Below are positions 57,069 through 64,000 of a DNA stretch of 64,000 nt, in pieces (position 1 is the stretch's first letter; each line of letters opens with the position of its first letter). This DNA comes from Candidatus Falkowbacteria bacterium. GTDB taxonomy: Bacteria > Patescibacteriota > Patescibacteriia > UBA11705 > JACRDX01. Below the pieces are notes generated by a model. It was not told where the DNA came from. It saw nothing but the letters and a program-made list of their open reading frames with translations, and did not search any database. A program made the translations under genes and the position numbers. Location: positions 8,057 to 72,056 of the forward strand of contig JAZDOE010000018.1 in assembly GCA_043798985.1 (NCBI GenBank), read 5' to 3'.

Positions 57069-58670
57069 ATGAAAACAAATAAGTTGGTTGCACTTATTAT
57101 TTTGGATGGCTGGGGCATTGCTCCGCCCAACGATGGAAACGCGATTGCTCTCGCGAAAACTCCATATTTTGATCAGCTGATTAGCCGCTATCCAACGCGC
57201 ACGCTTTTGGCGTCTGGCGAGGCCGTTGGTTTGTCTTGGGGCGAAATGGGAAATTCAGAAGTCGGGCACCTTAATCTTGGCACCGGCAGAATTTTTTACC
57301 AAAATTTGCCACGCATTGACAAAGCAATTAGCGACAAAAGTTTTTTTGAAAATCCGCAATTTTTAGGCGCGATTGAACACGTGAAACAAACAAATGGCGA
57401 TTTGCATTTGCTCGGAATTTTAAGCGAAGGCCGCGTGCATGGCATGTTGTCTCATCTTTACGCACTGCTGGATCTTTGTAAAAAAGAACATTTTAAAAAA
57501 GTTTACATTCACGGATTTCTTGACGGAAGAGACACGATTTACAATAGTGGCGCGGATTTTGTAAAAGAATTACAAGAAAAAATTGACGAGATTAAAGTTG
57601 GCGAAATCGCCAGTTTGTGCGGCCGGTTTTACGCGATGGATCGGGATAGACACTGGGAAAGAACAGAAAAAGCTTATCGCGCGATTATTGAAGGCAAAAG
57701 TGAAGCATACGCGAAAAACGCAGTCAGCGCGATTGACGCGTCTTACCACAAAAAAGTTTTTGACGAAGAATTTGTGCCGGTTGTTATCGGTTCCGCGCAA
57801 AAGCCCGTAGCAACAATTAAAAATGGCGATTCTGTAATATTGTTTAACTATCGTTCTGATCGCGCGAGACAATTGGCAGAAGCATTAACAAACCCTAAAT
57901 TTGACAAATTTGAGCGCGTCCCTATGGCAGACATTTTCGTTGTCAGCATGACAGAATACGAAACCCCGAAGGGGTCCCCTTCGGGGACCAATAATAACAT
58001 CCATGTCGCGTTTCCCAAAGAACCTGTAAAAACATGTTTGGCAAAAACACTTAGTGAAAACAAAATAAAACAATTGCACGTCGCGGAAACGGAAAAATAC
58101 GCGCATGTCACTTTTTTCTTTAACGGCGGCAAGGAGGAGCCGTATCCAATGGAATCACGAATTATGATCCCATCGCCGCGCGTTTCATCCTACGCGGAAA
58201 TTCCGGAAATGTCTGCAAAAAAAATCAGCGACGCGCTTGAGCAGGAAATTTTGAAAGAAAATATAAATTTTATTGTTGTCAACTATGCAAATCCGGATAT
58301 GGTTGGACACACCGGCGACTTAAAAGCGGTTATAAAAGCGGTTGAAACCACTGATAAACAATTGGAACGCGTTATAAATTTAATTTTATCAAAAAAAGGC
58401 ATCGCGCTTATTGTTGCTGACCATGGCAATGCCGAGGAAATGATAAATTTGCAAACAGGCGAAATTGATAAAGAGCACAGCACAAATCCAGTTCCGTTTA
58501 TTGTTATCGGAGAAGAATTTGAAGGAAAATTATTGGAAACAGAAGAAGCAATTGGTCGTGATTTGAGTTTACTGCGACCGTCCGGTATTCTTAGCGACTT
58601 GGCGCCGACGATTCTGAAACTTTTGAACATTAAACGTCCGAAAGAAATGAGCGGGCAAGACTTATTGTAA
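57069..58670 (+). CDS. gpmI: 2,3-bisphosphoglycerate-independent phosphoglycerate mutase
   Basis: LIILDGWGIAPP, GNSEVGHLNLGTGR, ADHGNAE. Contains the palindromic insert at 57964-57986. Confidence 0.85.
   Translation: MKTNKLVALIILDGWGIAPPNDGNAIALAKTPYFDQLISRYPTRTLLASGEAVGLSWGEMGNSEVGHLNLGTGRIFYQNLPRIDKAISDKSFFENPQFLGAIEHVKQTNGDLHLLGILSEGRVHGMLSHLYALLDLCKKEHFKKVYIHGFLDGRDTIYNSGADFVKELQEKIDEIKVGEIASLCGRFYAMDRDRHWERTEKAYRAIIEGKSEAYAKNAVSAIDASYHKKVFDEEFVPVVIGSAQKPVATIKNGDSVILFNYRSDRARQLAEALTNPKFDKFERVPMADIFVVSMTEYETPKGSPSGTNNNIHVAFPKEPVKTCLAKTLSENKIKQLHVAETEKYAHVTFFFNGGKEEPYPMESRIMIPSPRVSSYAEIPEMSAKKISDALEQEILKENINFIVVNYANPDMVGHTGDLKAVIKAVETTDKQLERVINLILSKKGIALIVADHGNAEEMINLQTGEIDKEHSTNPVPFIVIGEEFEGKLLETEEAIGRDLSLLRPSGILSDLAPTILKLLNIKRPKEMSGQDLL
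57964..57986. repeat. GC-rich palindrome CCCCGAAGGGG-T-CCCCTTCGGGG inside gpmI
   Basis: Identical to the queA element apart from a central T. It encodes PKGSPSG. Confidence 0.8.
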
Positions 58671-59087
58671 AAATAAAATGTACAAAGCCGGAATTGCCAT
58701 GCCTGCCACAAAACCCCAAACAATTTCCCAAAAAGTATGCCCGATCCGCTCTTCCAGAAATTCGTATTTCGCGCCCTCTGTTGGCGCTAAAACATGGACG
58801 GTCTTATTAATAAAATTCGCATGTTTGCCGATAATGCGCCGCAAAACACCAGCATCCCAGATTATTAAAATCGCCAAAACCAACGCGATAGCAAAGTCAG
58901 ATGAATTTAGTCCATGATAATAGCCGATTAACGTGGCAAGACAAACAACAAGCGCAGTATGTGACGATGGCATGCCTCCCGGAGAAAAAAAGTCTCGCCA
59001 ACTGAATTTGTTCTTTAATCCGTGCAATGTGCCTTTAATAATTTGGACGATGATCAGTGTCGCGAGCGGAACGATTACGAATACCAT
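58662..59087 (-). CDS. Divergent PAP2 / DUF212 membrane protein (YuiD-like)
   Basis: GGMPSSHTALVVCLATLIGYYHG core of the DUF212 family. Confidence 0.6.
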   Translation of the reverse strand: MVFVIVPLATLIIVQIIKGTLHGLKNKFSWRDFFSPGGMPSSHTALVVCLATLIGYYHGLNSSDFAIALVLAILIIWDAGVLRRIIGKHANFINKTVHVLAPTEGAKYEFLEERIGHTFWEIVWGFVAGMAIPALYILFLQ

Positions 59088-59119
59088 AAAGTTATAAATA
59101 CGAATACCCGCTTCGCCAT

Positions 59120-59215
59120 AGCTTCAGCGAGGCGAGTCGAAATACGAAACAAATTAGAAATCAGAATGTCCCAATATTGAATCATTGTGATTTCGTGCTT
59201 CAAATTTCGAGCTTC
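59120..59215. repeat. Intergenic repeat family B (copy 2), in the divergent region between DUF212 and manC
   Basis: 59163-59201 AGAATGTCCCAATATTGAATCATTGTGATTTCGTGCTTC. About 85% identical to copy 1, in the same orientation. Confidence 0.5.
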
Positions 59216-59236
59216 TTTGTTAATATATCATCAAAT

Positions 59237-60376
59237 ATGAATTTTGTCATTTTGGCGGGAGGCGGTGGAACGCGCTTGTGGCCACTAAGCAGAGAAAGCA
59301 AGCCCAAACAATTCACAAAATTATTCGGCAATAAAACGTTGATTGAGCTAACCTATGAACGTTTGCGCAAAATCGCGCCGCCGGAGAAAATTTTTGTTAT
59401 CTTAAATAAAAATCTGTTAAGTTTGGCAAAAAAATTCCTTCCGCAAATTTTGATTCGCAATTACATTATTGAACCTTCGCGCAGAGACACAACCGCGGCA
59501 TTTGGTTTGGCATGCGCAAAACTTTTCAACATCGCTCCTGACGAGCCTGTCGCGTTTATTCCGTCCGATCACTTTATTGGCGACACAAAATTGTTTTGCA
59601 AAACATTACAAACCGCGGAAACATTAATAAATAAAACGCAAAAGCTTGTTGACATTGCCGTTTTGCCAACGTTTCCAAGCACAGCGCTTGGCTATACCAA
59701 AATTGGCAAATTGGTCAATAACGAGAATTGCCCGCTTCGGCTCGCGCAGAGCAAGGCGAGCATTGAAATTTTTTCTTTTTTGGGACACAAAGAAAAACCA
59801 AACTTTGATAAAGCAAAAAAATATATTCAAAGCGGAAAATATCTTTGGCACGCCAGTTATTACATGTGGACGCCAAGAAAATTTTTAGAGGCTTTTGAAA
59901 AATATTCACCAAATAATTATAAATTTATAAAACAGATGGCGCGCGCGTTGCGATCCGCCCCGGGCGGAGAAGCAATCTCCGGCGCGCGCAAAAACATTAT
60001 TGAAAATGCTTTTAACAAAATAACCCCTCAATCGCTGGATTACACCATCACGGAAAAAATAAAACCCAGCGAAGTTTTGATAATCAAAGGAAGTTTTGGA
60101 TGGAGCGACGTGGGCGCTTTTGATGTTTTATATGACGCGCAGAAAGCAACGGCTGACACAAATGGCAATGTGAGCCACGCGAATTTTGTCGCCATGGACA
60201 GTTCACATTGCCTTGTCTATGGAATTAAAAATAAGCCAATCGCCGCGATTGGCGTCAATAACTTAGCAATTATTGATACTCCGGACGCACTTTTGATTTG
60301 CCCTTTGAATCGCGGCCAAGAAGTGAAAAAAATAATAACACAAATAAAAATTCAAAAGAAAACCAACCATCTATGA
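59237..60376 (+). CDS. manC: Mannose-1-phosphate guanylyltransferase
   Basis: MNFVILAGGGGTRLWPLSRESKPKQF. The nucleotidyltransferase domain has ManC-like downstream motifs. The ORF-track start at 59177 lies in the intergenic repeat. Confidence 0.7.
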   Translation: MNFVILAGGGGTRLWPLSRESKPKQFTKLFGNKTLIELTYERLRKIAPPEKIFVILNKNLLSLAKKFLPQILIRNYIIEPSRRDTTAAFGLACAKLFNIAPDEPVAFIPSDHFIGDTKLFCKTLQTAETLINKTQKLVDIAVLPTFPSTALGYTKIGKLVNNENCPLRLAQSKASIEIFSFLGHKEKPNFDKAKKYIQSGKYLWHASYYMWTPRKFLEAFEKYSPNNYKFIKQMARALRSAPGGEAISGARKNIIENAFNKITPQSLDYTITEKIKPSEVLIIKGSFGWSDVGAFDVLYDAQKATADTNGNVSHANFVAMDSSHCLVYGIKNKPIAAIGVNNLAIIDTPDALLICPLNRGQEVKKIITQIKIQKKTNHL

Positions 60377-61035
60377 TGCTTAAGGAATTTTTTTTCGCGC
60401 TACCAAGCTTTATAAACAGTTTGCCAGAACACGGATATTTGATTATTTTAGCGTTTTCCATTCTTGAGGCATTGGCATTTGTCGGAGTTTTGTTTCCGGG
60501 AACAATCATCGTAATCATTCTTGGCTTTTTTTCATTTTTAAAATATTGGAATTTTGCCGCGGTATTTTTCTTAATTTTTATTGGCGCTGTTATTGGCGAT
60601 ACTTTCAGTTTTTGGCTTGGCAAAAAATATGGCATAAACATCCTCGCAAAACTTAGCAAATATCGTCTTTATAGATTCTTGGGGCTAGACTTAGCCGCTG
60701 AATTTTTAGGCAGTAATGAACGCAAAAGCATTATTATTGGTCGTCTGATTGGCCCTTCGCGCGCGTTCACGCCGTTTTTGGTTGGAGCGGTTGGCATGCG
60801 CTTTAGAAAGTTTCTCAACGCTGACATTTTGAGCGTTTTTTTATGGTCAATTTTATACTTGGGAATTGGCGCGATGTTTGGCTCGTCAATGCCTTTGATT
60901 GAAAAATTAATAGACCACGTTGAATCTTTATTTTTATTTTTCATCGGCATAATTTTATTGTCTTCGTTCATTGCAAAACTTGTTTTCAAACGACCATTGC
61001 AAAAAGAAATTCGGAATCCTGAAACTATAAACTAG
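60373..61035 (+). CDS. DedA/VTT-domain membrane protein
   Basis: GYLIILAFSILEALAFVGVLFPGTIIVIILG is the DedA core. ATGA overlap with the manC stop. Confidence 0.7.
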   Translation: MMLKEFFFALPSFINSLPEHGYLIILAFSILEALAFVGVLFPGTIIVIILGFFSFLKYWNFAAVFFLIFIGAVIGDTFSFWLGKKYGINILAKLSKYRLYRFLGLDLAAEFLGSNERKSIIIGRLIGPSRAFTPFLVGAVGMRFRKFLNADILSVFLWSILYLGIGAMFGSSMPLIEKLIDHVESLFLFFIGIILLSSFIAKLVFKRPLQKEIRNPETIN

Positions 61036-61038
61036 AAA

Positions 61039-61995
61039 TTGGGGTTTATGCTTTTCAAAAAAAGAACACTGATAATTTTATTGATTATCGTCGGCACGTT
61101 GCTTGTAATAAATTTTCGGTTTGGCTGGCATCGGGATATTGGCATTGCGCAAACGTTTGTAATTGAAAAAGGGCAGGGATTGTCTGAAATCAGCGACGCG
61201 CTGGCGCAGAAAAAAATTATTAAACGCCCGCTTGGCTTTAAAATTTATGCAGTTTTAACGGGCAATTACGACAATTTGCTGGCCGGCAAATTTTTTTTAC
61301 CGCAAAAAATCAGCATAAAAGATTTGATGAAAATTTTGACAAATGAAAAATTCATGCAACTTGAAACCGAAATAACGATTATTGAAGGCTGGAACAAAAA
61401 CGAAATCGCTGATTATTTGGAACAAAAACAATTGGTTGACAAAAAAACGTTTTTAAAAGCAGCTAATGATTTGGAAGGATTTTTATATCCTGACACTTAC
61501 AGAATTTATCAGGCGACAACAGCCGACGAGATTATCAAAAAAATGCTGGATAATTTTAACACCAAACTGACCATTGATTTGAAAAACAAAATTGAGCAAC
61601 AGCACAAAACAATTCCGCAAATTCTGACAATGGCAAGTATTATTGAAAAAGAAATGACCGGCTTGGAAAATCGCAAAATCGCTTCCGGAATTTTTTGGAA
61701 AAGAATCAAACAGGGGATTCCATTGCAATCTGACGCGACAATAAATTTCATCACGCAAAAAGGCATGACTCAACCCAATTACGTTGACCTAAAAATTGAC
61801 AGCCCCTATAACACCTACAAAAATTATGGCCTGCCACCCGGACCGATTTGCAATCCGGGCCTTGAAGCGATTATCGCATCAATTGAGCCAACCGCGAGCC
61901 AATATTATTATTTTTTAACAACCAAAACAGGTGACGTGATTTTCAGCAAAACCTATGAAGAACATTTGAAAAACAAGCAAAAATATTTAAACTAA
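61039..61995 (+). CDS. mltG: Endolytic murein transglycosylase MltG (YceG-like)
   Basis: N-terminal TM. ITIIEGWNKNEIADYL, and GLPPGPICNPG at the C-terminus. Confidence 0.8.
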   Translation: MGFMLFKKRTLIILLIIVGTLLVINFRFGWHRDIGIAQTFVIEKGQGLSEISDALAQKKIIKRPLGFKIYAVLTGNYDNLLAGKFFLPQKISIKDLMKILTNEKFMQLETEITIIEGWNKNEIADYLEQKQLVDKKTFLKAANDLEGFLYPDTYRIYQATTADEIIKKMLDNFNTKLTIDLKNKIEQQHKTIPQILTMASIIEKEMTGLENRKIASGIFWKRIKQGIPLQSDATINFITQKGMTQPNYVDLKIDSPYNTYKNYGLPPGPICNPGLEAIIASIEPTASQYYYFLTTKTGDVIFSKTYEEHLKNKQKYLN

Positions 61996-62043
61996 AACCC
62001 CTTAACTTGCGAATAGCCGCGGGTTGCGATATAGTTAAAATAT

Positions 62044-62517
62044 ATGGAAAAAGATGAGATTTTAAGCTTGGCAATTGAACTTTTACGCGAGGAAGAAGAA
62101 TTTCTCGTGCCAATTTTAAAATTGCATACGCTGATTTTGGACGAGCAAGAAACCTGCGGACTGACCATTGAAGAACTGACAAAACTATTGAGCAATGACG
62201 ACCGCTTCTTTATTTTAGAAAGCCAAAGCACGCAAGAACCATGGGAAGACGATGATGATGACAAAATGGAAGCGCTTGGATTTTACAAAGGGCCACGAGC
62301 TATGCTGATGGAACGCAAACCAAGCAAAGATGAATTGAGCGCTGCAATCAAAGAATCAATGCAACAAATGCTTTATAGCCTGAAACAAGCGTATCACGTT
62401 GGGGACAATGACCCTGACGACACAGAAGAAACGGAATTTTTGCAGATTATGACAAAAGCACGCGATCTAGAACGCAAATTTGACGATGCTTTTCAGGAAA
62501 CAGAAAAAGACACCTAA
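62044..62517 (+). CDS. Hypothetical acidic protein
   Basis: 157-aa Glu/Asp-rich ORF. Confidence 0.3.
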   Translation: MEKDEILSLAIELLREEEEFLVPILKLHTLILDEQETCGLTIEELTKLLSNDDRFFILESQSTQEPWEDDDDDKMEALGFYKGPRAMLMERKPSKDELSAAIKESMQQMLYSLKQAYHVGDNDPDDTEETEFLQIMTKARDLERKFDDAFQETEKDT

Positions 62518-62549
62518 TTTTGACATTTGAAATTTGATATTTGAAATTT
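62518..62549. repeat. Intergenic motif family A copy upstream of the GT1 gene
   Basis: TTTGACATTTGAAATTTGATATTTGAAATTT is the 31-nt core, nearly identical to the reverse complement of 47907-47937. Confidence 0.55.
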
Positions 62550-62557
62550 CCTTTAAT

Positions 62558-63769
62558 ATGGCTATTGATATTTTTGGATACGAAAAAGACAAAATTGATA
62601 TTATCATGTTTAACATGGCAACGTTTTATGATTGGGACAGGGGAGTGGTTAATCGGAATTACAATGTAATGAACGAGCTGGCAAAAAATCCGCGCGTAAA
62701 CCGGATAATCGGCGTTGATTTTCTGCCAATCAAACTTAGGCAGGCAACAGGACATTATTTTAAAAATCTTTTATTAGAAATAAAAACCGCGGAAATGATT
62801 TATGGCGACCTTACCAGCGCTTGTTATCGCAAAACCGACAAAATCTACGCGTACACAACAATTGATTCAATTTTTTCTTTTAAAATCGTCGCGCGAGAAT
62901 TGCGCAGAATAGAAAAAATTCTGAATTTGCGCAACATTGTTTTTTGGTCATATAATCCGATGTTTGTTGAATTTATAGGTCGGTTGAACGAACGGCTTAT
63001 TGTTTTTGACACTGTGGATAACTGGATAGAGCACTCAATTTATCCGAAATTGCTGTCGCGAAAGCGCTTGTGCGCAAATTACAAAATAATTAGCGAAAAA
63101 GCTGACTTGATATTTACAGTGTCAGAAGAATTATTGGATTTTTATAAAGAAATGGGACGGAAAAAGGATATGACTTGGATACCAAATGGCGTTGATTTCG
63201 CGCATTTTAATGATTCTGAAAAATTGGCAAAAGAAAACGAACTGTCCAAAATTGATAAAAAAATAATTGGCTATCTTGGCACAATTGAGAATCGGTTAAA
63301 TTTTGATTTGTTGACCAAAATCGCGGATAACAATAAGGACAAAGTCCTTGTTTTGGTCGGACCAGTTTGGCCGTCTGTGAAAAGCAAGGTTGCGGCGCTC
63401 GCGAAGCGAAAAAATGTGAAAATTATCGGCCGCGTCAAATATAATGACGCGCCGAGCTATATTAGCCGTTTTGACGCGGCCATTATTCCGCATCAATCAA
63501 CCGGTTTGGTAAAATCAATGAATCCAATGAAACTTTACGATTATCTTGCCTGCGGCAAGCCGATTATTACAACATCTGTCCCGGGCGCTGAAATGTTTAA
63601 AGAACAGATTTATATTTCAAAAAATGATTCTGAATTTTTACAAAATATAGCGCGCGCGATGACAGAAGATTCTTTGGAAAAGACGGCCGCGCGTCGCGCG
63701 GCCGTGAAGCCGCATTCATGGTCATCGCGCGTCTCCCAAATGACCGATCTGGTTTTTAAAAAATTATGA
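62558..63769 (+). CDS. Glycosyltransferase family 1 (GT4)
   Basis: GT1 C-terminal domain (GYLGTIENRLNFDLL, VKSMNPMKLYDYLACGKPIITT). The ORF track gives 62534, which overlaps the intergenic motif. Confidence 0.6.
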   Translation: MAIDIFGYEKDKIDIIMFNMATFYDWDRGVVNRNYNVMNELAKNPRVNRIIGVDFLPIKLRQATGHYFKNLLLEIKTAEMIYGDLTSACYRKTDKIYAYTTIDSIFSFKIVARELRRIEKILNLRNIVFWSYNPMFVEFIGRLNERLIVFDTVDNWIEHSIYPKLLSRKRLCANYKIISEKADLIFTVSEELLDFYKEMGRKKDMTWIPNGVDFAHFNDSEKLAKENELSKIDKKIIGYLGTIENRLNFDLLTKIADNNKDKVLVLVGPVWPSVKSKVAALAKRKNVKIIGRVKYNDAPSYISRFDAAIIPHQSTGLVKSMNPMKLYDYLACGKPIITTSVPGAEMFKEQIYISKNDSEFLQNIARAMTEDSLEKTAARRAAVKPHSWSSRVSQMTDLVFKKL

Positions 63770-63775
63770 TTTTAT

Positions 63776-64000
63776 GCAAAATAAAATCAAAGACAAAAAC
63801 TATTTCTTTGTTGATGAATCTGGCGACCCAATTTTTTATGATCGTTATGGCAACTGCATTGTCGGAGATGACGGATGCTCAAAAATTTTAATAATAGGCT
63901 TTATAATGGCAGATAACCCTAGCCTATTAAGAAAAGAAGTTGCGAAATTGCAGAATGAAATAATTAACGATCCATATCTCAAAGGCATACCGTCCCTCGA
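63776..64000 (+). CDS. Partial ORF, DUF3800-like N-terminus; continues past the window end
   Basis: YFFVDESGDP...ILIIGFIM resembles the DUF3800 N-terminal motif. Confidence 0.25.

Noticed and set aside
1-64000. Search for rRNA, RNase P RNA, tmRNA, SRP RNA, CRISPR arrays, integrases and transposases.
   Set aside because: None recognised by eye. The only GC-rich non-coding blocks are the two tRNAs, the hairpins after tRNA-Glu and the 54.9-kb element.

Overview
AT-rich bacterial window (about 35% GC overall), almost entirely coding and almost entirely on the + strand. The reduced gene content (MurE/MurF/PBP2/MltG cell-wall core, lower glycolysis pgk-eno-gpmI, queA, metG, rsmI, lexA, many glycosyltransferases, DedA, SIMPL) is compatible with a small-genome lineage such as CPR/Patescibacteria. 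That placement is inference only.

Layout of the window:
- 1-5.6 kb: partial GT1, a tRNA-Trp locus with a GIY-YIG gene, murE, ZIP transporter, metallophosphoesterase, a thioredoxin pair.
- 5.9-39 kb: one very long + strand glycoconjugate biosynthesis island. It carries a Wzx-like flippase, GT2 and GT1 enzymes, Ugd/UXS, a sugar aminotransferase, an epimerase, at least five methyltransferases, two B12-radical-SAM proteins, a KdsC-like phosphatase, an AroE-like dehydrogenase, a GatZ-like protein, a nucleotidyltransferase-kinase fusion and large polytopic membrane proteins. The island ends in a surface Fn3/Lys-Glu-repeat protein.
- 40.9-49.3 kb: housekeeping genes (queA, rsmI, metG, cvpA, tatD, PBP2, murF).
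- 49.3-51.2 kb: tRNA-Glu followed by a sharply GC-rich two-gene insert (about 55% GC).
- 51.2-64 kb: GT1, lexA, pgk (frameshifted), SIMPL, eno, gpmI, DUF212, manC, DedA, mltG, GT1 and a partial DUF3800-like ORF.

Best candidate for an undescribed system: a single 1,208-aa ORF (14649-18275) fuses four domains. These are a TagD/Fom1-like cytidylyltransferase, PEP phosphomutase, a TPP-dependent phosphonopyruvate decarboxylase and an Fe-alcohol dehydrogenase. Together they amount to a complete PEP -> 2-hydroxyethylphosphonate -> CMP-HEP module (Fom1+Fom2+FomC equivalents in one chain). It is followed directly by a CDP-alcohol phosphotransferase and a B12-radical-SAM (Fom3-like architecture) fused to a GT1 glycosyltransferase, all inside the glycan island. 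This points to a phosphonate-decorated glycoconjugate or lipid pathway.

Other notable features:
- The tRNA-Trp locus has a truncated 5' copy of the tRNA carrying a 26-28 nt GC-rich palindrome in the anticodon loop, then a GIY-YIG gene, then the intact tRNA.
- Near-identical GC-rich perfect palindromes (CCCCGAAGGGG-CCCCTTCGGGG) sit in-frame inside queA and gpmI. A related CCGGGCGGGC palindrome class sits in-frame in a radical-SAM gene and a GT2 gene.
- Two intergenic repeat families are present.
- A MITE-like GC-rich structured element lies downstream of pgk.
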